Positions 36,842 to 46,739 of a stretch of 64,000 nucleotides of DNA are shown here, in pieces (position 1 is the first letter of the stretch; every line of letters begins with the position of its first letter). The notes under the pieces were generated by a model that was not told where the DNA came from, did no database searches, and saw nothing but the letters and a program-made list of their open reading frames with translations. The stretch comes from a virus (lineage: Duplodnaviria; Caudoviricetes), in the IMG/VR virus record IMGVR_UViG_2846893963_000001, positions 8,675-72,674 of that record, one strand, 5' to 3'. The position numbers and the translations under genes are program-made.

Positions 36842-38796
36842 TAGAGAGGTATGTTAATGTCCACAAAATCAGCCGTTTCTTCGGCTTCAATATCGTTTCT
36901 TGCCAATGCTTCCAGCGCGTAATAAACGGGATTGATGTTGCCGGGCTGGTAGAGGGTGCGCACCGCAGACCCCGCCTGCATGTACACATCCCCGCTCGCG
37001 TTCCCCGGCAAATCAGTAACTATCGAACTAATCCCCAAGCCCGTTTCAAAGGCATTAACGCCGCGCACCGCCGCGATTTTATGCAGCTGCACCGTCTGCC
37101 CTCCGCCCGTCAGCAAATAGAGGCTGCCGTACGAAATATATTCGCTCTCGAATTTGTACTGGGTTCGTTGATGATAGATAATTTTATTAACGATTGAAGG
37201 TATAGGCTCGTTATGCGTCGCGGGCACAAAACTTGTAGTAGTTTTCACCCTCCACCCTGCCGCCTTGGAAAGAGCGTAAATCTCACGCACCTTGACCACG
37301 TAGCCCCCGCGGGTCGCATCCCGTACATTATCAAATGTGATGTCCAGAATTTCGCCGCTGTTGTGGGCCAGATTATTGCCAGGGATAATACTGTACGATC
37401 CCTGGGTTAAATCAGATCTTGTCGTTTTGCTGCCTCGTCCGATGCCTATGGTAATTTTGCCTGCGCCGAGTATGCGCCACGGAATGGAGAATCCCGCAAA
37501 GTTGGAATAATTATGTTGACCGTTAGGCCCTGTGAAGGGAAAGACAATCGTGCTGTGAGTCCCGGCAGGCACTCTAACCTGCGCATACTGGCCGGGAATG
37601 AAAGCGGTAGTTGCCGCCGTCCCTGTCGCCGTAATGCTGCCCGTGTTGAGGTAGGCGTGCTGGGAAAAAATGTCCGTCACTCCGGCCAAGCCTGCGGCAT
37701 GCAGGCGGTTGACCGCTGCCGTATCCGTCGGCGCTCCCACGGCCAGCGGAATATTCACCCCTCCGTTGGCGTTAATAGCCCCCGCCGCCGTCAGACCTCC
37801 GGCCAGCGTCATGTTGCCGGAGGCGTCCACTTCTGGGATGGCCTCAAGGGCCTGCTGGGCCGCCGTCGCGGAGCTAGCCGCGCTGGTGGCCGCTGTCGTG
37901 GCATTAGTTGCCGCCGTATTGATACGCCTCTCCGCCTGATCTATAGCCTCTTTGGCGGTTTCGGCGCGCTGAACAAGGGGCGTGACCGCTCCCACCGCTT
38001 CCGTCTGCGCTGTCTGGACGGCTTGAACAGCGGTACTTTGCGCGCTGGCTATATTCTGCTGCGCGGTCTGTGAGGCCCGCCCCACGGCAAGCACGGAATC
38101 AGCCTGTTTGTCCTGAATAGCAGTAACAGCCTCATTCCTGGCCTCAATAATCTGTTGTTTTCCCTCCCTGACCGTTTCCGGCCAAGTGGTAGCCAGCGAC
38201 TCCACAGCCGTTTTAGCGGCATGGGCACTCTTAGCGTCACGAGCCGCGTTGGTTGCGGACGTGCCGGCGGCGGCCTCGGAAGCGGCGGCGGCCCTTTTGG
38301 AGGCCAAAGCGGAACCTGCATAACCTTCCGTTTCTTCGGCTTTTTTCACCACAGTTTCATACATCATTTCCCATGCCGGCCGGGCAGAATTCGGCAAATG
38401 CTCATCCCCTATCAACCCCGGTTCCAGATAGAAATTCAACGGAAGAGAATGATAAACACCTTTCCCTTCCTCCGTCTCCACCAGCACGGCCACCTGCGCC
38501 TCTATAGTTTTGCCCTCCGCGTCCCTGGCCGCCGCCCGTATTTCCTGTGTATCAAAATCAACCACCATTGCCACGGCCCCGTCCGTTATTTGCTCTTCCT
38601 GATAAGCCAATAACTGCCCGTTCCTTTTATGATAGGCCGCCAACGTAACGCGCCCGGCCTCAAGCTCACGCCCCAAAAAGGATAAAGACACGGGCACATC
38701 CTGCCTGCGGACAAGACGCACCCCGCACAAATTCATATTTTCATCACCCGTGCGGTTCCGAAAAATCCCGCTCTCAATTTCCAAATAAAGCTCCAT
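36841..38796 (-). CDS. Tail fibre / receptor-binding protein
   Basis: N-terminal anchor-like domain, Ala/Thr-rich coiled-coil repeats (ASEAAAGTSATNAA; ATTAATSAASSATAA), beta-rich C-terminus; true ATG at 38796. Confidence 0.78.
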   Translation of the reverse strand: MELYLEIESGIFRNRTGDENMNLCGVRLVRRQDVPVSLSFLGRELEAGRVTLAAYHKRNGQLLAYQEEQITDGAVAMVVDFDTQEIRAAARDAEGKTIEAQVAVLVETEEGKGVYHSLPLNFYLEPGLIGDEHLPNSARPAWEMMYETVVKKAEETEGYAGSALASKRAAAASEAAAGTSATNAARDAKSAHAAKTAVESLATTWPETVREGKQQIIEARNEAVTAIQDKQADSVLAVGRASQTAQQNIASAQSTAVQAVQTAQTEAVGAVTPLVQRAETAKEAIDQAERRINTAATNATTAATSAASSATAAQQALEAIPEVDASGNMTLAGGLTAAGAINANGGVNIPLAVGAPTDTAAVNRLHAAGLAGVTDIFSQHAYLNTGSITATGTAATTAFIPGQYAQVRVPAGTHSTIVFPFTGPNGQHNYSNFAGFSIPWRILGAGKITIGIGRGSKTTRSDLTQGSYSIIPGNNLAHNSGEILDITFDNVRDATRGGYVVKVREIYALSKAAGWRVKTTTSFVPATHNEPIPSIVNKIIYHQRTQYKFESEYISYGSLYLLTGGGQTVQLHKIAAVRGVNAFETGLGISSIVTDLPGNASGDVYMQAGSAVRTLYQPGNINPVYYALEALARNDIEAEETADFVDINIPL

Positions 38797-38797
38797 C

Positions 38798-39574
38798 CTA
38801 CCCTTCAGGAGCTTTTTCAAAAGTCTTGGAATCAGGCCCGCTAGCATGCAATATCCACCACATCACCCGCGCGCACGCTTCCCGGATCGTCACTCCGTCA
38901 CGCTCCACAATAGGATGATAAAACGCCATTTGCCCGCAATGAACCGCGCACACGCCGCCGCGCGCCAGGCGGGCGATTTCCGCCAGATCGCGCGGATCAC
39001 ACGTCCGAACGCCAATCAGACGCCGCCCGCCCCGGAATTCCAGCACGTCCACCCCGGCGGACCCGTACAGGTATAACAGAATTTTTGAAATGGTTTCATC
39101 TTCCGGATATTCCTGACGGGCGTTTTCCGGCCATTCCCGCCGGGCAAGCAGTTCCAGCGCGGCCTTGATGGCTGGGCGCGTCAGCCAGTAGCAGCAGCCG
39201 GCCCAGGCAAGCGGCACGCTGCACTGCATTCCCCCCGCTACTTTCCCGCGGTCTTTCAGGGACCGTATAATCTCCGCCGGGTCCATCAGCAACGTATCCG
39301 CGTCAATCTTGATAACCGGATCATCCCCCGGTATGTCCAGCATGCACCCCAGCATGCCGCGCACGCATTCCAGGCCGTTCAAATTCCCCCGGCGCGCAAA
39401 ATAGGTGATTTTGTAGGATATATCGTTTCCCGCGGGGACTTGTGCCGGAAATAAAGGCTTCGCGGCATCATCAAATAAATAAAACTGGGCGGCCCGGTCA
39501 ATGCTTCGTATCTGTTCCAGACACAGCCCCAGGCATTGGTGATCTTCTCGATAGCAAAATATGGCGTAGTTCAT
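38798..39574 (-). CDS. Glycosyltransferase-like protein, GT-A fold
   Basis: N-terminal YAIFCY...L..C..I....FDD and DxD motif VIKIDADTLL. Confidence 0.6.
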   Translation of the reverse strand: MNYAIFCYREDHQCLGLCLEQIRSIDRAAQFYLFDDAAKPLFPAQVPAGNDISYKITYFARRGNLNGLECVRGMLGCMLDIPGDDPVIKIDADTLLMDPAEIIRSLKDRGKVAGGMQCSVPLAWAGCCYWLTRPAIKAALELLARREWPENARQEYPEDETISKILLYLYGSAGVDVLEFRGGRRLIGVRTCDPRDLAEIARLARGGVCAVHCGQMAFYHPIVERDGVTIREACARVMWWILHASGPDSKTFEKAPEG

Positions 39575-39580
39575 TGTTGT

Positions 39581-41467
39581 TTAGTTGATGGGTGAATATA
39601 TTTGGGATGTTGTAATCCATTGCCCCTGCTGGATATAGATTTGTCCGTTTTCGTCCCGGTGCAGGCGTAAGGCGTGGTCAGTGTCGCAGGCCAACGCTGT
39701 CCAGGAATCGCTGATCATGGCTCCGTCCCCGCCGCCGGTCGTGTTGGACGTATCTACCACCAAATCAAGCTGGGTGCCTAATAACCCCAAGGCAATCGTT
39801 GTTCCGTCCGGCAAGGTGTGTGGCTCCTTGACATAATCCAGCACAACATACTTCCCATTTTTCCGCAAAGGGGCGCGAAAACTCAATTCTTCCGCGTCGC
39901 CTCCAGGAGTGACCACGAGGGACAATACCCCCGCCGTAGCATTGGACAATCCCACGGAAGCCCCTCCACCTAAATCATGAACGCTGGTATCTACCGTTAA
40001 ATCAAGTTCCCCCTTCAATCCCTCAGGAGAGACGGACAAGTTTACAGGCCATTTCCCCGGCTTGGGAGAATCTGCCTCCGTTGAATCAATCTTGACCTGT
40101 AAAATCTGCGTATCAATGTCATTCCCGTCCTGATCCTTGTCCTTTTTCCATTCAAGGCCATCCCCAGGTTCCACTTTTTGGGCGGAAAATGACAGTTTTC
40201 CTTCTTCATCCTTAATGTTGACCGAGCCGTCAGAAGAACATAACAGTTTCAGCTTGTAAGGTTCTCCCTTGTTTTCGCCTTGCCCTCCCTGATCCCCTCC
40301 CTGATCCCCTCCCTGATTTCCTTCGGAGTTCCCGCCGTCTTCCTTTTCTTCGTAAATCAGGGAACAATCTCCGTTGGACGGTTCCTTTGCGTCCTCAATA
40401 AGAGCGGCAATTTCTTTTTCCCGCTCTTCCGTTGAATCCACAATCTCTATCCCCTTCCCGGCTTTCAACCCCAATTCATCAGGAGCAACCCCGCAATAAA
40501 CCGCTCCCAGGGCATACTGTTTTACTGACACCAGAGACGGCAAATTACCATCCTCCGGCAAGGGTTCTTCAAGCTTCTCCACCTTCGCCAAAAGGAAGCA
40601 ATAGGTGAATTCCTCTTCGGCTTCTTCATCATCCGGTTCCGCTACATACTGGAGCGGCTTGGAAGATCCTTTCGTTTCTTTCAGTTCGGCACTTGTAATG
40701 ACGCCATCCCCGGTGCATTTCACTTCCAGCCAGATTTCCCCCTCTTCTTTCGGTGCCACCTCCCAGGTACCCCCTCCGCGCTGCGCCAGTTGCCCGGCTA
40801 TGTAAATATCGCCCTTCTTAACATAGGCCATATCCGGCGCGCCTTCTTCATCCGTATCAACCACAACCCTCCAACCCTCATTCAGGGAACTTTGAGCATA
40901 ATGAACATGGCCGCTCCACGCCTCATGATACTTCAAGACCTTTTCTCCGGCTTCATCCGTTTCTTCCTTGAATTCCCCAAGATAAATTCTGACCGCGCGC
41001 GCCAGCCCTATTTCCTCCGCCGTCACTTCCGCATACGTAATGCAATCATGGTTATCCGCGCTCCGCTCAAGATACAAAAATACCTTATCCCCTCCCTGCA
41101 CGGACAAAAAAGGCGGTTCCTCCGCCTGATCCATCTTTTCCCCGTTAAGTTCCGGCTTAATGCGCCGCACGCCGCCCGGATGCACTTCAAAAACCATGCC
41201 GGGCCAGAAATACGCCTTATATCCCGCATCCCCCTTTTCCAGCCTCTTCAGCGTAAACGGCGCGCCTTCTCCTGCTTTGTTCCTCCCCCCCGTCGGCCTT
41301 ATGGTTAATGACGTGCCGCCCAGCCCCCGGTTAAACGTGTAACCAACCCCGTTCTGCAAGCGGCAAGATTTGGCCAACTGCTCCAGTTCCCGGCACCCCT
41401 TAACCAGACGCCTCAACTTAGACGCGCTCAACTCTTCCCCTTGATTAAAAAACGGCCAGCTAATCAT
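39581..41467 (-). CDS. Minor tail protein (acidic, modular)
   Basis: Position after the distal tail gene; repeated modules; GGDQ 12-bp microrepeats near 40283-40318. Confidence 0.6.
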   Translation of the reverse strand: MISWPFFNQGEELSASKLRRLVKGCRELEQLAKSCRLQNGVGYTFNRGLGGTSLTIRPTGGRNKAGEGAPFTLKRLEKGDAGYKAYFWPGMVFEVHPGGVRRIKPELNGEKMDQAEEPPFLSVQGGDKVFLYLERSADNHDCITYAEVTAEEIGLARAVRIYLGEFKEETDEAGEKVLKYHEAWSGHVHYAQSSLNEGWRVVVDTDEEGAPDMAYVKKGDIYIAGQLAQRGGGTWEVAPKEEGEIWLEVKCTGDGVITSAELKETKGSSKPLQYVAEPDDEEAEEEFTYCFLLAKVEKLEEPLPEDGNLPSLVSVKQYALGAVYCGVAPDELGLKAGKGIEIVDSTEEREKEIAALIEDAKEPSNGDCSLIYEEKEDGGNSEGNQGGDQGGDQGGQGENKGEPYKLKLLCSSDGSVNIKDEEGKLSFSAQKVEPGDGLEWKKDKDQDGNDIDTQILQVKIDSTEADSPKPGKWPVNLSVSPEGLKGELDLTVDTSVHDLGGGASVGLSNATAGVLSLVVTPGGDAEELSFRAPLRKNGKYVVLDYVKEPHTLPDGTTIALGLLGTQLDLVVDTSNTTGGGDGAMISDSWTALACDTDHALRLHRDENGQIYIQQGQWITTSQIYSPIN

Positions 41468-41470
41468 AAA

Positions 41471-42202
41471 TCAATATAAATCAGAATCCCAGCCATCCGG
41501 ACCGCTCAACCTCCAGGAAACCGTCTGACGCCAATTCCCGGTTCCCGTCCTGCGACCGCTCACGCCCTCTTTGATCCAATCATATTTTCCGCTTACCGCG
41601 GGCGCGCCGCTGCCCGGAGCCCCTTTTTTTCCGACCCCGGCCATGCTCAACGCCTGAACGGTAGAAGTGACGGAAAAAACCCCTCCGGGACACAAAAAAC
41701 TAACCTGTCCTTTACGCATTTTTTCCATGGCCTTCTTCCCGGCCTCCGATTTCACAACATCCTCAATCACCTTATCCTCTTTCCCAAACGTATCTTTAGG
41801 AGAAGCCCCGGACGCCATAGCCATCAATGCGTCTTTTTCTTCCCCATCTATGTCCTGAAAGTTCGGATGCGTCAGCAACGGCTGTTCAGAGCAGGAATAA
41901 TCCATGGAATATTCCACTTCCTCCCCTCCACCGAATTCAAAAGACGTTTCCCGCGGCAACTCGTAATAGAGCGTCACCCTCACCATATCCCCCTCCATTC
42001 CTTCCATGCTTATCTTTTTGAGCCTCAAAGCGGCATCATCAGGATAAGCGGACCCTATTGACGGGCACCGGGTATTCCAGCCCTCCTGATTGTCCGTGTA
42101 AACAATCCTCCCCACAGCCCTTACTTCCCCTTCATCCCCCCGTTCTATTTCCAGCGTCTTTTCATGCGTTTCCCGCTTCTTAATGTTAATTTTTCTTCCC
42201 AT
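41471..42202 (-). CDS. Distal tail-like protein
   Basis: Immediately downstream of the tape measure gene. Confidence 0.55.
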   Translation of the reverse strand: MGRKINIKKRETHEKTLEIERGDEGEVRAVGRIVYTDNQEGWNTRCPSIGSAYPDDAALRLKKISMEGMEGDMVRVTLYYELPRETSFEFGGGEEVEYSMDYSCSEQPLLTHPNFQDIDGEEKDALMAMASGASPKDTFGKEDKVIEDVVKSEAGKKAMEKMRKGQVSFLCPGGVFSVTSTVQALSMAGVGKKGAPGSGAPAVSGKYDWIKEGVSGRRTGTGNWRQTVSWRLSGPDGWDSDLY

Positions 42203-42237
42203 ATTTATTATTCTCTCTCTATCATTTAGCGGCTATT

Positions 42238-44844
42238 TCAATATCCCAGCACGGCCGCCGTTTTCAGGGTTCCCCTCCGCCCCGCGCCCGTGTTTTTCAC
42301 GATCTGCTGAAGCAAATTTGTCTGCTTCCTCGCTTCCGTAAGTTGCGGCATGCTCCCCATCATGGAGCGGCCCCCGCCGCCCACTTGCGCCAGACTGTCC
42401 GCTATGGGTCCGCTCCCTTCCTTCCGGTCCTTCCGCCGCTCCACCATATCCTCCAACCCGGCCATGCCGCGGGCACGCCTCATGGCCGTCTTCCTGTCTA
42501 TCCCCAAGCCGCGCTGCTGGTCATAAATTTCCTTCATGCGCTCCGCCATCTTCAGCCGCCGCTCTTCCGCCTTGTTTCCCTCCGCCTGAGCTTTCAACAG
42601 GGCCATTTGCCGGCGGTATTCGCGCCCGGCCTGCGCCCGGTTCCTGTTCTGCTCCAGGGCGGCTATTTCACGGGCCGCCGCGCCGGCGCGGGCCTTGCTC
42701 ATGCCATCCGCCTCATATTGGTTTTGCAGCTCCAGCACGCGCGCCTGCTCCTGCAACACGCGCAGCTTATCCTTCTGCCCGTGAATTTCCGCGCGCAGCA
42801 GGGCAGCCTGCTTCTGGTGTTTGGCTTCCGCCTTGTCCCATTCCTTATTCCGCTCCACTATTTCACGATCCACCTCTTCCACCTTGCCAAGCAATTCATA
42901 CAGGCTCTTGATTCTGGATTCCACCCCCTCCAGATTCAACATGCCGTCCACGGCGTCCCCGCCATCCAGCAGGGCTTTCTGCTCCGCAATGGCCTTCTTG
43001 AGGCCCTCAATGCTCCCATATCCTCCCAGCAGGTCTTTTTTCCGGTCCTCCAGCCCCATTCCGCTGCGCCGCCTCTCCCTCTCTTCTTCCGCCCGGTCAT
43101 AATCCAGGGATAACAATTCATCTTGTATTTCCCTGATTTTTTCCAGCGTCTTCTTCCGTGCCTCTTCCGTCTGCTGCCCGCGCTGCGCCGCCCGTTCCCG
43201 CGTCTCCGCCGCTTTCGCGTTCGCTTCCGCCACCTGCTGCAACTCCTTCCGCTCACGTTGCAACAGCACCAGCCTATCCTGCACCGCAACCGTCATTCTC
43301 CCCAGCGGATCTTCCGCCAGCAGGTCTTCTTCTTCGCGCTTCAGGCGTTTAATTTCAGCGTCATATTCATCCATGACGCGCCCCACGTCCAGCTTGCTGG
43401 ACGCCTCCCCGGCCATCTTTTTGATCCGTTCATCAAAATCAACATTATCCCGGCCAAAATTTTTTTCCTTTTCCTGCACGTCTTTAGGCACATGGCCAAA
43501 CGCATCAGATCCTACCCTATACAACTCCGATACAGCATAGGAAATAGCCGCAATGGCCGCCATAATGGCCGGCCCCTTCAGGGAAGCGGCCAAATCGGCC
43601 CCCATGCGCGCCCATGTGCGTTTCGCGGTCAACCCCACCGCCCGAACGGCTGAATCAAACCTCTTCATATTTCCCCCGGCCAGGCGCAATTCATTGTTGT
43701 AATCCACCCGGAAAGCCGCGGCCGCCGCCTGAATGGAACGCCCCACGGAAGAATTTGCCGCCATGCCTACAGCCTTCCACGCCCCCCAGGCCAGAATGCC
43801 GCTACGGATCATCTTTTCAACCCGGCCGCCTCCCGCGGCTACTGAAGCCAGGCCGCCCCCTACTGCGGAAACGATAGGCGCGGCCGCTTTCACAATCCCC
43901 CCCAGCAATTCACCCGTTTTCCTCAAGCCGCGCTCCACCTCCGGCCCATGACCGGCCCATGACGCGCCTATGGAGTCCATGGCATCCTTGATGCCGCTTG
44001 TTACCGGTTCCGCAAAAATACGGCTCAACGCTCCAACCTTGCCTTTCAGGGTCTCCACTCTGCTCTCTATATCCTGCGTATTTTTCTCCATCCCCCCCGC
44101 AAACTGCCCGCTGCCGGAACCCATGGATTTCAAAGCACTAAAAACTTGGCTAAATCCGACCTTCCCTTTAGACATCATATCCTTTAACTCCGCCCTCGTT
44201 TTTCCCGCCTGTTTTGCCATTTGCCCCATAACGTCAATACCGCTTAACGTAAATGGTTCTAATGTTTCCACATCCACCTTCCCCATTTGAAAAGCCTTGG
44301 AAAGCCGCGCCGCTACTGTTTCCAGACTGGCACCACCACCAGCCGCCACATTCCCAAGAGCCTCTAATGTACTTTTTAACTCGCTCGCCCTGACGCCGCA
44401 CCCAAGAAGCAACTGCGCCGCCCGTTGCGTTTCCGCCAGCCCGAATGGCGGCGTATCAGCAAAATCCACCACATCCCGCGCCGCTTCCGCCGCGCTTGAC
44501 GCGCCGCCCGTGAATGCCTCCATGCGCCGGGTTACTCTCTCCAGGTCATCCCCGCCCGCCAGCATGGCGGAAAATTTGCCCCAGCCTGCCCGCAGGCCGT
44601 TAATGGCGGCCCCTACCCCCGTAATGGTGGCGCTCATATTGATAAGACCGGCATTCAGCCGTTTACACGCCTTCCGGCCCTCCTGATCCATGCCCTTCAG
44701 CCCCTTCACGGCCTCCCCCGTGCTTCCGCCCACGGCCCCCTGCAAGGCTTCGGACATGCCGCTTGCCGCTTTCCTGCTTTCCTCCGTTGCGGCAATAAAG
44801 CCGGAAGCGTCCCCGTCAATTTTAATAGTTGCCCCTTCGCTCAT
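42238..44844 (-). CDS. Tape measure protein
   Basis: TMP domain FADTPPFGL.E...AA..LLG.G....LGNVAA; coiled coils; typical size and position. Confidence 0.92.
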   Translation of the reverse strand: MSEGATIKIDGDASGFIAATEESRKAASGMSEALQGAVGGSTGEAVKGLKGMDQEGRKACKRLNAGLINMSATITGVGAAINGLRAGWGKFSAMLAGGDDLERVTRRMEAFTGGASSAAEAARDVVDFADTPPFGLAETQRAAQLLLGCGVRASELKSTLEALGNVAAGGGASLETVAARLSKAFQMGKVDVETLEPFTLSGIDVMGQMAKQAGKTRAELKDMMSKGKVGFSQVFSALKSMGSGSGQFAGGMEKNTQDIESRVETLKGKVGALSRIFAEPVTSGIKDAMDSIGASWAGHGPEVERGLRKTGELLGGIVKAAAPIVSAVGGGLASVAAGGGRVEKMIRSGILAWGAWKAVGMAANSSVGRSIQAAAAAFRVDYNNELRLAGGNMKRFDSAVRAVGLTAKRTWARMGADLAASLKGPAIMAAIAAISYAVSELYRVGSDAFGHVPKDVQEKEKNFGRDNVDFDERIKKMAGEASSKLDVGRVMDEYDAEIKRLKREEEDLLAEDPLGRMTVAVQDRLVLLQRERKELQQVAEANAKAAETRERAAQRGQQTEEARKKTLEKIREIQDELLSLDYDRAEEERERRRSGMGLEDRKKDLLGGYGSIEGLKKAIAEQKALLDGGDAVDGMLNLEGVESRIKSLYELLGKVEEVDREIVERNKEWDKAEAKHQKQAALLRAEIHGQKDKLRVLQEQARVLELQNQYEADGMSKARAGAAAREIAALEQNRNRAQAGREYRRQMALLKAQAEGNKAEERRLKMAERMKEIYDQQRGLGIDRKTAMRRARGMAGLEDMVERRKDRKEGSGPIADSLAQVGGGGRSMMGSMPQLTEARKQTNLLQQIVKNTGAGRRGTLKTAAVLGY

Positions 44845-44890
44845 AATCGTTTTCCGTTGACTATTATTGTAAATGTTCTAAATTTAACCT

Positions 44891-45052
44891 ATGGACTTCA
44901 TTCTTTACGTCCTGAAAAGAATTCTTGCCGTTGCCTTTCTTGCGGGGGTATCGCTTGCCATCCTGTACCATGGCACTCCGTGGATTATTGCCTTTGTCCT
45001 CGTACTGCTCTACCTGCTTTTCCACGGCACCTCCACCCCTGCCAAAAAGTAG
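44891..45052 (+). CDS. 53-aa two-TM moron protein, candidate superinfection exclusion (absent from ORF track)
   Basis: MDFILYVLKRILAVAFLAGVSLAILYHGTPWIIAFVLVLLYLLFHGTSTPAKK; opposite strand; promoter TTGACT-16-TAAATT at 44857-44884. Confidence 0.75.
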   Translation: MDFILYVLKRILAVAFLAGVSLAILYHGTPWIIAFVLVLLYLLFHGTSTPAKK

Positions 45053-45062
45053 AGCAACCGGA

Positions 45063-45278
45063 CTATTCCAGTTGCTCTATCTGTTCTCTCCACGCTTCCC
45101 GGGCCTGCTCCAGCACGTCCCCCACATGCCCGGAGGATTCCGTGTAGCAGCTCCACCGGCACGGCGTCGCGTCATAGCTCCAAACCGCATGCACGTACTG
45201 CACCAGCCGCGCCAGCGGAATTTCCCACAGAATTTCCCGTTCCGGCCAACCCGTCACACGCGCCACCGTCATCAGCAT
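45063..45278 (-). CDS. Tail assembly chaperone, frameshift extension (gpGT-like C-terminal part)
   Basis: -1 frame relative to the upstream gene and open back to the slippery site (PFRAWPSWGAAMLMTVARVTGW). Confidence 0.75.
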   Translation of the reverse strand: MLMTVARVTGWPEREILWEIPLARLVQYVHAVWSYDATPCRWSCYTESSGHVGDVLEQAREAWREQIEQLE

Positions 45279-45793
45279 GGCCGCGCCCCAGGACGGCCAC
45301 GCCCTAAAGGGTCCTCTTCATCCTCCCCTTCCGCCTCCGGAATCACCATCCCCGCCTGAATCACTTCTACATCCCCCAGCACGGCGCATTCCAGTTCCAC
45401 CAAATCCCGGCCGGGAATGTTCATGGCAGCCGCTTCCACCAGAACGCGCCGTTCTTCCTCCGGCGCAAAAACCCCTTCCCTGACTTCCTCCCGGTCCCCC
45501 ATGTGAACCCACAGGAATTCCGCCAGATAATAGACAATTTGCGCCTTGTCAGTTACGCCCAGGGCTTCCCACATGGACGGATGCCGCCCGTTTTCATCCG
45601 GGCCCAGGTTAATTTCCCCCAAGCGGCAGTAAGGATTTCCGATGCGCTGCAACTGCAACATGCTTCCCAGGGTCATGCACCGCAGCCGGTAGTTCTTCCA
45701 GCGGAATTCATTTCCCCCGATCAACGCCGCTTCCGTCAGGGCGCGCCTTTCCTGTTCCTGTAGTTCCATCTTTCTTGCTTTTTTGGTTGTCAA
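45272..45793 (-). CDS. Tail assembly chaperone (gpG-like)
   Basis: Position between tail tube and TMP; C CCT TTA heptamer near the 3' end. Confidence 0.75.
   Translation of the reverse strand: MTTKKARKMELQEQERRALTEAALIGGNEFRWKNYRLRCMTLGSMLQLQRIGNPYCRLGEINLGPDENGRHPSMWEALGVTDKAQIVYYLAEFLWVHMGDREEVREGVFAPEEERRVLVEAAAMNIPGRDLVELECAVLGDVEVIQAGMVIPEAEGEDEEDPLGRGRPGARPC
45305..45311 (-). other. Programmed -1 frameshift slippery site C-CCU-UUA
   Basis: XXXYYYZ heptamer in the correct phase, joining the gpG-like frame to the gpT-like frame. Confidence 0.75.
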
Positions 45794-45798
45794 TTAAG

Positions 45799-46272
45799 TT
45801 AGATTAAAGGCCGGCCGCCAAGAAAACCCTCCGCCACGCCCTGCCAATACGGATCCGCATCCAACCGCACCAGGGCCTTCCTTTTCCCCTTGCGGATGAC
45901 GGCAAGCGGCACCTGGCTTTTCACAAAATCCAATAACCGCTTGTAATTATGGAACGCGCACGCCACGTAAGCCAGCGGGCTTTCATTTTCCGGGTCAGTC
46001 AGCCAATTCTTATCCCCGAAAAGCTTGATTACTTCCTCCGTCCTAAACCTTCCATCTTCGCTTTTCGGCTCAAATTGCCAGGTAATCACCCCGCCCGGCG
46101 CGGAAAGGCGCGCGCCGCTGCCTATCAGCACGCTTCCGGACGTGCATTTCATGTTTACTCCCAGCGTCAGCAGCAACGCGGCAAGCATGGTGTTTTCCGT
46201 TTCGTATCTGGAGGCGTTTTCGGTAAAAACTACCACATCACTTTCCAGTTTTTTATTGTCTGCGGCATTCAT
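45799..46272 (-). CDS. Phage hypothetical protein in tail module
   Basis: Clean ORF between tail tube and chaperone genes. Confidence 0.65.
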   Translation of the reverse strand: MNAADNKKLESDVVVFTENASRYETENTMLAALLLTLGVNMKCTSGSVLIGSGARLSAPGGVITWQFEPKSEDGRFRTEEVIKLFGDKNWLTDPENESPLAYVACAFHNYKRLLDFVKSQVPLAVIRKGKRKALVRLDADPYWQGVAEGFLGGRPLI

Positions 46273-46304
46273 CAATCTTACTATCTAACTTTTTTATTCA
46301 GGCT

Positions 46305-46685
46305 TCAGACAGCCGAAGACGACCCGAACCCGTAAACAGTGCCGCTCACGTCCATCTTCTGCGCGTCCGTGTTCTTCAAACTGCGCTTCACCCCCTTCAG
46401 GAAGACCGTGGTTCCGGTGGGAGGGGTGTGCCAAATCTGCGGAATTTCATTGGCAAGCGCCAGCGTCCCCCCCATCTTCAAAGATGAAGAGCCGGTTGAT
46501 AAAACCGCGCCGGACATGGAAAAAGAAAGTTCTTCATCTACAATCACCAAACCACACTTTTTCCCAACATTGTTTTTCTGTTCATAAATTTCCTGTTGGC
46601 CGTCAAAGTCGATCGACTCAACAAAAATACCCTGTTCCGGCGAATCAATACCGTATTTGGGCACGTCTCCAATATGTGCAGGCAT
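46305..46685 (-). CDS. Probable major tail (tube) protein
   Basis: Beta-strand-rich small protein after the tail terminator; GAAAGGA RBS. Confidence 0.65.
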   Translation of the reverse strand: MPAHIGDVPKYGIDSPEQGIFVESIDFDGQQEIYEQKNNVGKKCGLVIVDEELSFSMSGAVLSTGSSSLKMGGTLALANEIPQIWHTPPTGTTVFLKGVKRSLKNTDAQKMDVSGTVYGFGSSSAV

Positions 46686-46739
46686 ATAATCTATTTCCTT
46701 TCGTGTTAGAGTTCATCTATCTACCATTCAGGAGCTTTT

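Noticed and set aside
36841-38796. Diversity-generating retroelement acting on the tail fibre
   Set aside because: No reverse transcriptase and no adenine-mismatched TR/VR pair seen in the window; cannot be excluded beyond 64000.
40283-40318. 12-bp tandem microrepeat (GGDQ) in the minor tail gene
   Set aside because: In-frame low-complexity linker; no evidence of function.
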